A stretch of 64,000 nucleotides of DNA from a virus (IMGVR_UViG_3300011442_000002:11825-75824), one strand, 5' to 3'. Shown: positions 9,860 through 19,052, counted from the first letter of the stretch. Notes: a model not told the origin generated them from the letters alone. Made by a program: numbers and translations.

Positions 9860-10156
9860 GTGTACGTACAGGATGAAAAGCAACGTAACGTCGGAAATCT
9901 GGACATTCCGGACGGATGGGCCGGAACGTACGATACCTCGCGAATGTGGACAATTATCCACGTAATGCCACAAATCGGGGCATTGGTGACATACCAGGAC
10001 CAAGCGTACCAAATCATCCGAACCGAGACACATCAGGAGGAAGACGTAAATCCGCGCATTACGACCTTTTGCGTCATTGTTCGCATTGACGACGAAGGGG
10101 ACCAATTGGACATAGAGTCCATAATGGTCAAAGCGGACGAACTGACTCTTATCTAG
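9860..10156 (+). CDS. early small protein
   Basis: GTG start after ATGTCCGGTAAAACGGACAAAGGAGACAAAAGTG. 98 aa. Confidence 0.45.
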   Translation: MYVQDEKQRNVGNLDIPDGWAGTYDTSRMWTIIHVMPQIGALVTYQDQAYQIIRTETHQEEDVNPRITTFCVIVRIDDEGDQLDIESIMVKADELTLI

Positions 10157-10254
10157 CAAAAAGGGTAAAACGGACATATGCGTCTAAAGCTGGTATATCA
10201 GGCTATACCCGTTCTAACTCTGCATGTCCGGACAAAACTGGACAAGGAGTACAA

Positions 10255-10518
10255 ATGTACGTAAACGTGGGTGCAAGGGACGTAAGCAACAATAAGGACA
10301 TTCCCACCAAATCGGACCTTAAGGGACGAATGGTGAATTACCCCCAAACCGTCGAATTGTACGTAACTGACGCATTTGGGCCAAATGCAGGCAAAGTGGT
10401 CATTGGCGACAATCTGGAGATTGGTGTCAAATACACCGTAACCGGACCAAACCCGTACACAAGCCGCAAATGGTATGCAACGGTCGAAAAGACTGTTAAG
10501 GGTATCAAAGTAAGCTAA
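10255..10518 (+). CDS. early small protein
   Basis: Preceded by ATGTCCGGACAAAACTGGACAAGGAGTACAAATG. 87 aa. Confidence 0.5.
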   Translation: MYVNVGARDVSNNKDIPTKSDLKGRMVNYPQTVELYVTDAFGPNAGKVVIGDNLEIGVKYTVTGPNPYTSRKWYATVEKTVKGIKVS

Positions 10519-10597
10519 CCCACACAAATCGGACATGCAGGGCTAAAACGGGTATATCCGGATTTAAGGTGACATGTCTCCACAAAAGGAGACAAAA

Positions 10598-10846
10598 ATG
10601 GGCATAAGTGTAGGAACCATCTTCAAGTGGTTGGATTCGGACAATCCAGACGATTCGGCTGAATCCTGCCTAGATGGGCAATGTGTGGGCAAAGTAACCG
10701 AAATCATAGAAAACCCGGACAATACGGACAAACCGTCTGTATCGGTCAAATGGTGGGAAATGTGTAAACTTCACCACGAAATCGATCCAAACGGGACAGG
10801 TCCGTACGATCTGAGTTATATCTGGCAAATCGGACAACTTTACTAA
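10598..10846 (+). CDS. early small protein
   Basis: ATG after ATGTCTCCACAAAAGGAGACAAAAATG. 82 aa. Confidence 0.45.
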   Translation: MGISVGTIFKWLDSDNPDDSAESCLDGQCVGKVTEIIENPDNTDKPSVSVKWWEMCKLHHEIDPNGTGPYDLSYIWQIGQLY

Positions 10847-11130
10847 AACACATCAAATGGGGACATGTCACCCTATATCCGGATATATTCGACTGTCAGG
10901 AACCCGACAGTACGAAATGTCCGGTTAGCACCATAAGTCGGTTTTGTGTGTGCTATACTGGAAGAGTGGCCCAAATCGGGCAAGAAAGCATCAAATCAGA
11001 CATTTTGGGGCATATGCATATGCAGTCCTCAAAAATTGGACAAACTGCAACCAGTCGGATATTGATAACTAAATACGGACATGTCTGGATATATGGGGGC
11101 GTGGCCTGATTTCTACACTTTGGAGACGAT

Positions 11131-11418
11131 ATGTGGGAATATGGCTACACTGATCCTTTTTCAGCCGAAAACGACACCATTGAAGTCTTTTGGGGCGAAG
11201 CATCCTCATTTGTGACGGCTTTGGGCGAATTGTGCGAGAATGTCGAGAAAATGCTCAATGATGCGGAACCGTACCAAATTTCCCATTATGAGCAGGTTCT
11301 CGCGGAAATTCGGACAATTCTCTCAGATCCAGCATATGCGGAAGATCCGGACCAATGGGAAGATATGGAGTTTACGGACGATATCGGAGAAATCGTATAT
11401 TACCTGATCGAACTGTAA
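11131..11418 (+). CDS. early small acidic protein
   Basis: 95 aa, with GGAGAC SD. Lies downstream of a TGCTATACT promoter-like module. Confidence 0.5.
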   Translation: MWEYGYTDPFSAENDTIEVFWGEASSFVTALGELCENVEKMLNDAEPYQISHYEQVLAEIRTILSDPAYAEDPDQWEDMEFTDDIGEIVYYLIEL

Positions 11419-11500
11419 AAATCGGACAGATCAGGCCATACCCCTTTATATCCAGATATGTCTAGCTTTAGACTGCCATGTCCTTAGAAATGAGGACAAA

Positions 11501-11770
11501 ATGGACTTAACGCCTAGTTCGTTCGAAATCAGGGAATACATGGAAAAACAGCCTGGTTTCGGAGAAATCGACTCAAACCTCCAACATGCTATCATTTCGG
11601 ACATTCGGCACAGAATGGCTGCAAGTGTAGAATATTGGCGCACATGGGGCGAATTCGTGCTAAACTACGTAAATTGGGTCAATGAGTACATTACCGCATT
11701 TTCCGTCACACCTGCGGGCATGTGGGAACAATGGGGCGTAATGCTCAGAGACCTCTATTTAGGTAGATAA
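11501..11770 (+). CDS. early small protein
   Basis: 89 aa. Preceded by ATGTCC...GGACAAAATG. Confidence 0.5.
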   Translation: MDLTPSSFEIREYMEKQPGFGEIDSNLQHAIISDIRHRMAASVEYWRTWGEFVLNYVNWVNEYITAFSVTPAGMWEQWGVMLRDLYLGR

Positions 11771-12056
11771 CCACAACAAACGGACATGGCAGGCTAAAAC
11801 TGGACATATCACCACAATAGCCACTGTCAGATACCTGACATGTAGAAATGTCCAATTGGCACTATAAATGCCGATCGGGTATGCTATACTTAGTGTAGGC
11901 GGGCGGAACTGCCAGCAAACCCCACAGGGCAGGACAAACCCGCAAAAATCGGACATTCTCACCTAAATATGGCTTTATTGCACCTTCAGGTAGAAAAAGT
12001 GCAGGATGGGACAAACCATCCCATCCTGTGCTTTCCCTACCTGAAAGGGGCCTAAG

Positions 12057-12650
12057 ATGGCAAACGAGAAGACTCCTATCACAAAGGTACAAAAAGGACG
12101 AAGGTGGGCAACCGCTACTTTGGTGCTTACCGGACTTTTCTCAATTTGGTTTAATGTCCGTTCTGGTAAGATTGCGGCAGAACCGATCCTTTTCTCCGCT
12201 ATGCCAGTTGTGGTACTGTTTCTCACGATTCACCTGATTAGTTACCTTAATCCCCGTAAGGGCATGCATAAGGTACTTGTCTACTTTGGATTGGGTATGG
12301 TGTCAATTGTCGCATTTGGGATGTCTGGCTTCCATTTGTACACGGAAGCGATCAAAAACGGACAAATCTGGATTATTGCGATAACCTACCCATTCATCGT
12401 AGATGTGCCAAGTGTGATTTCTGCGGTAATTTTGGTCGAAAAGGTGCCAGTCGCGCGAGCGGTGACACAACCGGCAAACCCGGCGAAAAAGACAGTTCCG
12501 GCAAAAAAGGCTAGTCCTACTAAGGCTACCGCAACCCCAACAAAACGGACATCTAGCCCGAAAGCGACAATTCCGGTAAAACCCGAAGTAACGTTCAGAA
12601 CGCCTGATATCCTGACAGATCCGTTGGAAAGGGAGTTTCTTAGCGCTTAG
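12057..12650 (+). CDS. integral membrane protein with C-terminal Lys/Pro/Thr-rich tail
   Basis: 197 aa with about 4 predicted TM helices, then PAKKTVPAKKASPTKATATPTKR. A roughly 170-nt structured leader lies upstream. Confidence 0.55.
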   Translation: MANEKTPITKVQKGRRWATATLVLTGLFSIWFNVRSGKIAAEPILFSAMPVVVLFLTIHLISYLNPRKGMHKVLVYFGLGMVSIVAFGMSGFHLYTEAIKNGQIWIIAITYPFIVDVPSVISAVILVEKVPVARAVTQPANPAKKTVPAKKASPTKATATPTKRTSSPKATIPVKPEVTFRTPDILTDPLEREFLSA

Positions 12651-13422
12651 GTGCATTTAGTGCGATTCTGGCATTTTGGACATTCCACTCAGAGTGTCAG
12701 AATCGTGCTATGTCCACCTAAACCAACTAAATCCAACTTAAAAGGGACAGATCATGCCAAAGAGTACGAAGTTGACGATTAGGCAAATTCGGGCATTTAA
12801 TAGCTTTTTGGACAAACTCCTCAAAGTTACCGAATCCGCTGACTTAGCACATCTGTACGAAAGTGCCAAGATCAGCGGTGCCCAAATCGGACAAACGGTA
12901 CTTAAGGGATAGGACGGACAATGCGGATCAAACCGTATGCAATTATCTCAATAATCGTAATAGCCGTATATGCATCCATAGCTGTCCTTTCCAGGATCTA
13001 GCTCGCATTACGGTCAGATCGCCCATTTCCGCACATTAGGCGCGATCCGTCGGATATGGTCCTAAAAAGCCCATATCCGCACGGTCCGGGGCCTAAACCG
13101 GACATTTACACCTCAAATACCACAGAAAGGTACAAAAATGTTCAACACTGACACTTCGGTTGATGAGCACCTAGAAGCGGCGTATGAGGCGCAATCGGAC
13201 AGTTCGTACGAACCGTACGGATACGGGTCAGACTACGCGGACCCGGACGATTACGACGATTACGACGAAGAGGACGATTCAGACGAAGAGGACGAAGACG
13301 ACATCTAGTACCAACCCCACCATTTAGGCAGATTTGGTGTGAGATAGGTCTAGTCCACCTATCTCATGCCATGTCCACCTAAATCGGCACAAAACTACCA
13401 AAACCGGAGAGGATCGGACAAA

Positions 13423-13611
13423 GTGACACGAAAACACTATATCCTTCTAGCTCGGACAATTAGGGCTCAGATGGAGAAATACGACTATCCGGACGATACG
13501 CGCGAACTGGACGCAATCCGGGCATTAGTCAACGAACTGTGCATAACGCTCAAAGCGGACAATCAAGACTTTGACCGCGAAAAGTTCCAAAAAGCTACAA
13601 TTCACTTCTAA
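13423..13611 (+). CDS. early small protein
   Basis: GTG start after GGAGAGGATCGGACAAAGTG, in frame with listed ORF 13366. Confidence 0.4.
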   Translation: MTRKHYILLARTIRAQMEKYDYPDDTRELDAIRALVNELCITLKADNQDFDREKFQKATIHF

Positions 13612-13839
13612 CAACCACATATTCCCCAAAAGGGACGATCATGGTCGTATTGGTACATATGTACCAATACGTGCCATGGGCGCCTCTAATTTCCAAAATG
13701 CCTATACCTAGGCAGAGACACCCAAAAGGCACCAAACCCGCTCAGCGTGGCCCACAACGGGCGAACGGCACCAACCACGCTGAGCGGACCAATGCCCACC
13801 AACCAAGATCAACAGACCACCTAGCAGAAAACGGACAAA

Positions 13840-14076
13840 ATGGACATTTCCCCACACAATCCGCCAATGCCAGTTACCACCAAAAAAGCCACAAAGAGGA
13901 AGAAGTACCCGAAAGGCGGGTCAATGCGGGCACCTAACGCAATCGCCGCGATTTACTCGGATAACACATATGCCGTGATCGCGGACGAAGCTACCGAAAG
14001 GCGGCTAAGTGCGTACGGACCGCCTACAGACACCCGAAAGGCTGGATACAACTTCATTTGGGGCGAAGTGAACTAA
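13840..14076 (+). CDS. early small basic protein
   Basis: 78 aa. Preceded by AAACGGACAAAATG. Confidence 0.45.
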   Translation: MDISPHNPPMPVTTKKATKRKKYPKGGSMRAPNAIAAIYSDNTYAVIADEATERRLSAYGPPTDTRKAGYNFIWGEVN

Positions 14077-14782
14077 TCGGACATGTCCGGACATGAGGAC
14101 CCAATCTCCACCAAATCCCTCATGTCCGGACAATCCGACCTATATTTAACCATACCACCTGTATTCCTCAAGAATTGGGGCAATCCGCCTCCATTCGGTC
14201 ATTCGCTTACCTATCGGACCCAAATATGTATACCGGGGATACCTCTTTCTATCACTCGCTGAGTGGGGGTCGTGGTCACGTGGAATCCCACCAAATCGGA
14301 CATACCGCCAATAGCAGCGTGTTTGCCACGAGTCACCACACAGTCAGCATCTTCACTACTCTACTACTCCTATTTTTTCCTTGTTTCATTTAAGCAATGA
14401 CTACATACTTAATACAAACGTCTGTTCGAATCAAAACGGACAAAACAATATATCTACGGAAGTTAATGGTATACCTTATCTCTCGCACACACCGGCAATT
14501 TGGACATTTTCATGCCACTGTCTTGTTCTAGAACAGACGTTCCAATGCCTTATCTAGGTAGAGCGCTTCAGGACTCGTAAAAATTTGGATATTACGACTC
14601 AACATCACAAATGTCCGAATTTTTTGCTATAGTGTGGACCTTAATCGCTAAACGTAGATAAGGGATTGGCCCGGTAGAGATCAACTTTGTCTCAATCGTG
14701 ACCAGTGCTAACATAGGTAGCTAGCCGCGCCAATGACATAAAACGGTCAACACGTAGCAACTACCCACATACGGAGCGTAAC

Positions 14783-15715
14783 ATGCCAGTATGGCCTAAT
14801 AACCGCGCAATAATAATTTCACACCCAATTTACGGCAAAGGCCTCGAACCTGAACGTTTAGGACACATGTCGACGGAACTCTGCCAATGGCTCAAGTATA
14901 AGCTTGATGAACAAACCGCAATAGATGCTGACGAAACGGACGCATTAGGATTTAAGCAATTTTTCACACAACCAACCATTAACGCATTTACCACCCGTAG
15001 CCTGATTTCTGCGATCAGAGGTTACTCACCTAGCCTATGCTACGAAAACGGACGTTTAACCAACCGTGGCATAGAAACGGCAAAAATAGCAAGAGCCATA
15101 ATTATGGACAAAGAGAACCTAGGAGCGCACGATATCCTAGACTTGACAAAGATTACCAGAACGGAAGATTTGTTCATAACCGGCGAAGTCACAATAAGAC
15201 AGGCCGCACTACTCAAAATGATTTATAACGCCGTACTCGACGCAGAAGCGAACGATAGGCGCGAATTGGACAAAGAGTACCAAGCACTCTTACAAGGCAA
15301 TAACCAGCAACGGAACGAAATTACCCAAACACAGCAAATGGCGCTTTTAGCCAAAAATAACCAAGATAGTACGAATGGCACAGACTACACAAACAGCAGA
15401 GAAAGCGCAAAAGATACAACAGAGATCGAAGGTGATTTAACGGACATTTTTCGCGTAAGTGAACGAACCAACGAAACTCAGCCATTACAGGCCATAACCT
15501 TTAATTTGGGTGCTGGCCAGCGTCGGCAGGGTTATGTTCCAACAGCGATTTTTGTCCAAAAAACTCGTAATGACCTAAGAAACCTAGTAAAGTACGGTTT
15601 GGTCGATTTACGGGCACATGTCCAAGGTGTCCGTGGTCGACCGAAGCACGTGGTACGCGCCAGTCCAACCGGAGTGATCATGGTGGCCGACCTGGTTCGC
15701 CAGGACGTGATCTAA
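14783..15715 (+). CDS. hypothetical protein (Gln-rich central region; basic C-terminus RGRPKHVVR)
   Basis: 310 aa ORF downstream of a roughly 700-bp noncoding region containing palindromes. Confidence 0.5.
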   Translation: MPVWPNNRAIIISHPIYGKGLEPERLGHMSTELCQWLKYKLDEQTAIDADETDALGFKQFFTQPTINAFTTRSLISAIRGYSPSLCYENGRLTNRGIETAKIARAIIMDKENLGAHDILDLTKITRTEDLFITGEVTIRQAALLKMIYNAVLDAEANDRRELDKEYQALLQGNNQQRNEITQTQQMALLAKNNQDSTNGTDYTNSRESAKDTTEIEGDLTDIFRVSERTNETQPLQAITFNLGAGQRRQGYVPTAIFVQKTRNDLRNLVKYGLVDLRAHVQGVRGRPKHVVRASPTGVIMVADLVRQDVI

Positions 15716-15942
15716 GATCAACAGGGTTCGACGCGCTGTCAAAAAATTCTTAGAAAAAATCTTGGAGAAACGGACATAAACTGTTGCGGCTGGCCGTTAT
15801 ACCTGTTAGAATGGGACATGCAAGCGAGCACAGAGCGAGCAAAGCCCACAGGTAGCGGCCAGCCCGCGACACAAGACGGCCGAGCACATCTCTAAGGGAT
15901 CTTGATGAGAGAAAAATAAGTCAAGATTTTTTAGAAATGTAC

Positions 15943-15971
15943 TTGACACTTGTCAGTGCATGAGGTATACT
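15943..15971 (+). promoter_or_regulatory. sigma70-type promoter (TTGACA-17-TATACT)
   Basis: Consensus -35 TTGACA at 15943-15948, a 17-bp spacer, then -10 TATACT at 15966-15971. It lies about 55 nt upstream of the 16026 start. Confidence 0.6.
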
Positions 15972-16025
15972 TTAAAGTGGAAACAAAGTACTACCCAAAA
16001 AACAATGATCTCGAAAGGATCAAAA

Positions 16026-16772
16026 ATGACAAATTCACTTGATCTGTTTGACGGACTTGACACCAGCGATTCGCAGGGTGCCCCTGTGGGATCTGTTGGT
16101 AACGGTGCGCCAGATTCTGCCACTACTGAAATTGACAACTCAACAAGTGGTTCTACTGAGTCTGCGGACGCAGAGTCTTCTCCTGTGGAGACTGTCGCGC
16201 AGATTCCCGACGGAGTGATGTCCGTCACGGAATTCGCCGCTTTCATGACCCAAACCCTCATGAAAGCAAAGTTTGAGGCAGGCGAAGACCTTGATATGTC
16301 TGAGTACGTGGTTCCACAGGCCGTGTACCAGACTGTTAAGGCTCAGAAAGACCGAATCCCGCACGTTCTCGTAAAGGGTCCGGACGACGCTGAGGCGCGC
16401 GTTTACATTCTTAAGGCTGAAGCTACCGCATGGTGGATTGAGCGTAAGGATCGACTGTCTACTCGCGGACAGGGCGCAGCGCGTGCCAGTTCTCGTACTC
16501 CCGAGGACAATCTGTCTCTTCTAGGTGCAGCAGTAGAAAAGTCGCTCTACGCGCAGGCTCGCCAGGCAATGTGGGTCGAGCGTACGGAGCAGGCTGCCAA
16601 GCTTGTAGAGAAGTACAAGCAGTTCCTTTCCGATGCAAAGATCGAAGAGGCGACTGTTGAGCTTGCAATTCAGGAGGCGACCACTCGGTACCACGCTGAG
16701 CAGGCCGCTAAGGAAGCGGAAAAGGCGAAGAACACTAAAAAGGGCAAGTCCGCCCAGACTGACGAGGATTAG
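16026..16772 (+). CDS. hypothetical acidic Ser/Thr-rich protein with helical Lys/Glu-rich C-terminus
   Basis: The start is reset to the ATG after the AAAGGA SD, rather than the listed 15960. Confidence 0.5.
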   Translation: MTNSLDLFDGLDTSDSQGAPVGSVGNGAPDSATTEIDNSTSGSTESADAESSPVETVAQIPDGVMSVTEFAAFMTQTLMKAKFEAGEDLDMSEYVVPQAVYQTVKAQKDRIPHVLVKGPDDAEARVYILKAEATAWWIERKDRLSTRGQGAARASSRTPEDNLSLLGAAVEKSLYAQARQAMWVERTEQAAKLVEKYKQFLSDAKIEEATVELAIQEATTRYHAEQAAKEAEKAKNTKKGKSAQTDED

Positions 16773-16820
16773 TCGAAATGCAATAAGTCAGTGCCTAACT
16801 GACTAAAATCAACTAAGGTG

Positions 16821-16853
16821 GGTAGGGTACTCAGTTTGACTGAGTACCCTACC
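16821..16853 (+). terminator. 14-bp perfect hairpin (GGTAGGGTACTCAG/CTGAGTACCCTACC)
   Basis: Lies directly after the 16772 stop. There is no U-tract. Confidence 0.45.
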
Positions 16854-16975
16854 GCTTGCGTTAAGGACGTGACAAAGTTCACACTATACCTAAAATCTAC
16901 GATTTTAGGGGACTTAACGCCCAAATGTACAAAAAGGCATTAAAAGCACATTAAACAGTAATAACCTAACAAAAA

Positions 16976-17017
16976 GGACAAAGGACAAAGGACAAAGGAC
17001 AAAGGACAAAGGACAAA
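16976..17017 (+). repeat. (GGACAAA)x6 tandem repeat abutting a start codon
   Basis: Six perfect 7-bp units end 2 nt before the ATG at 17020. Each unit contains an AAGGA SD-like core. Confidence 0.8.
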
Positions 17018-17019
17018 AA

Positions 17020-17232
17020 ATGGCTATTTTCGCATTTATTGGGATTATTCTGCTGGGACTCGGTTTCAGTGCGCTTGCTTCGCTCGCGCTTGGGTGGGTA
17101 TTCATGATTTTGGTGGGTATCATTCACGCTGAGTGGTTGCCCGGCGTGCCGACGATCGGCTACTGGTGGGCAGTCCTGTGGGCAGTCCTGATCCGTGTCT
17201 GCACGACGGCGGATTACACCGCAGAGAAGTAA
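17020..17232 (+). CDS. small membrane protein (2 TM; holin-like topology)
   Basis: 70 aa with two hydrophobic helices. Confidence 0.5.
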   Translation: MAIFAFIGIILLGLGFSALASLALGWVFMILVGIIHAEWLPGVPTIGYWWAVLWAVLIRVCTTADYTAEK

Positions 17233-17258
17233 AAACAGGCATTAACCCCTAAAAAGGG

Positions 17259-17311
17259 CACTCAGTACTATAAGACTCAAAAGGTCCGATTAGTACTGAG
17301 TGTCCTTTTTT
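17259..17311 (+). terminator. Rho-independent terminator
   Basis: 11-bp stem CACTCAGTACT/AGTACTGAGTG followed by TCCTTTTTT. Confidence 0.65.
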
Positions 17312-17361
17312 GGCGTTATATACTTGAAGTCCTCAATAATTGGACTATTTAGGAGCGATCC

Positions 17362-17637
17362 GTGACAACTTACAAATTCGGGCTAGTTTACACCAATGGG
17401 ACGAGTATTAGCCAAGGTGGGCATAGCTGGCAAGAAATTATAAACTTATTGGTCGGGATATACCAAACGGCCAATAATGAGCAGGTTGCTAAGTTAGTTA
17501 TCAGCAATGAGCAATTTGTCTATGACCCGGCTACTGAGGTAGGCTTACAGCGACAGTTAGCGGCTCGCAAAGCTGGCGTTCAGTATGTCGGAGTTGAAAA
17601 ACTTGACATGAAAGCAAAGGAAGAAAAGAAAACATGA
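17362..17637 (+). CDS. hypothetical protein
   Basis: 91 aa ORF with a GTG start. Confidence 0.4.
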   Translation: MTTYKFGLVYTNGTSISQGGHSWQEIINLLVGIYQTANNEQVAKLVISNEQFVYDPATEVGLQRQLAARKAGVQYVGVEKLDMKAKEEKKT

Positions 17638-17879
17638 TGCAAGAAATTCCAAGTCTGGCACAAATACTTTACATGGTGGCCCTACTAGGATCTCTAGGAA
17701 CTCTGATTGCTGTTGGGATTCTAGTAGGACACTTTCGCAAGCACTTAGATTGACTGAAAATAATTAGTGGTTTTGCTCGGTACTCGACGTGCTAATGCAA
17801 CTCATTGCTAACGATAGGTCGAGTACCGTGTTATTCAACTAACTATATTAACCCAAGCAATACCACAGTTAGGAGAAGA

Positions 17880-18170
17880 TGGTTGTATGTTCCCGATGAT
17901 TGGCGCACGGCTTGTTATGACCACACAATTACCGCACACAAAGTAAGCTTTACTAAGAAACTCTTGTGCTGCACCTGTGGGATTACTGGCTGGAATCCAC
18001 ATCAACTATGGGCAGGCCATGTTAATGCAGAGAACGAGGCTAGAGCATTCCTAATGACGATAGAAACCCGGAAAGCTGACCATATGGCTAAACGTGTTGC
18101 TGAGGAAAAAGCGAGAGTAAAAGCTAGAATGGCAGGAACTACTACAGGTAGAAGCCGTTATTATGATTAA
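17880..18170 (+). CDS. hypothetical Cys-rich protein
   Basis: In-frame TTG start after AGGAGAAGA, preferred to the listed 17805 ATG, which has no RBS. Confidence 0.35.
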   Translation, partial: WLYVPDDWRTACYDHTITAHKVSFTKKLLCCTCGITGWNPHQLWAGHVNAENEARAFLMTIETRKADHMAKRVAEEKARVKARMAGTTTGRSRYYD

Positions 18171-18257
18171 ATGCTTGGTTGCGTTGCATTGTCCAGGAAA
18201 TAGAAACATCCTGGGCAGTGTTGCACAACTAAACAAATGGACAAACAGAAAGGCAAT

Positions 18258-18635
18258 AAAATGGAACTTTCTGAGTACAAACTTCCTGTTGGCAATGAGT
18301 CGACACACGAATACTACAAATACTCATATTACTATGAGGCACTGGAAATTTTGAATCCAGATGCAGGACCATGCATTACGTGTGATAAGCCGATGGTTCG
18401 GCTTAGAGCAAAGCAGTTTATCAATCACAATGAAGTGAAGTACACGCAGATTTCGGATATTATGTACGCGCACGCGGACGGCAGCGAGCCGCATGCAGGA
18501 TTTTATAATCATCCTAAGGCAAAGTGTCCAGATTGCTCGCAGTATGGCACGCTCACGACACAGCAGCTACCTTATGGCGATTTGACTACTTGTAGTCATT
18601 GCCATCAGCAGAGTTATTTCCCGATTGGCGATTGA
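18258..18635 (+). CDS. zinc-finger protein (multiple CxxC)
   Basis: CITCD...CPDC...CSHCH. Start chosen after the AAAGG SD. Confidence 0.45.
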   Translation, partial: KMELSEYKLPVGNESTHEYYKYSYYYEALEILNPDAGPCITCDKPMVRLRAKQFINHNEVKYTQISDIMYAHADGSEPHAGFYNHPKAKCPDCSQYGTLTTQQLPYGDLTTCSHCHQQSYFPIGD

Positions 18636-18729
18636 TTTAGTACAAAGCGGTCGTTACAGGTTCGATTCCTGTGGCGACCACGCACGTTAGTTGTAAATGG
18701 ACAATAGAACAACGAAGGGAATTGATAAA

Positions 18730-18975
18730 ATGGGTAAGAACGCTACTTCAACAACTGAAATCGTGAATGACACAACTAGGCTTTTGGCTGAGATTCGCGC
18801 GCAGATTAGTGTTATGCGAGAACGAATCGGGACACCTGGCGATCGAGTCAATTACGTTGCTTCCGGGCAACTTGTAACGGACACGACTAAGCTGATGGAC
18901 CGAATTAGCACGCTAGATGCTGGTCTGACGGTAGGCGAGGATTTGCCACGGGACTGGATGCTAATTCACGACTAA
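18730..18975 (+). CDS. hypothetical protein
   Basis: Start after the AAGGGA SD. Confidence 0.4.
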   Translation: MGKNATSTTEIVNDTTRLLAEIRAQISVMRERIGTPGDRVNYVASGQLVTDTTKLMDRISTLDAGLTVGEDLPRDWMLIHD

Positions 18976-19052
18976 GTGAATAGTTGGTTGCGTTGCATTG
19001 TGCTCATGGCAACATGAGCGCAGTGTTGCACAACCAAACAGAAAGGTAAGAA

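Noticed and set aside
13641-13937. 98-aa ORF
   Set aside because: Overlaps the better-supported 13840-14076 gene (which has the start-associated motif). Composition is biased and there is no RBS.
7300-14110. Possible CRISPR array, because of many short repeated units
   Set aside because: Repeat spacing is irregular (8-60 bp). Units occur in both orientations and overlap RBS/start codons of ORFs. No uniform spacers and no cas genes.
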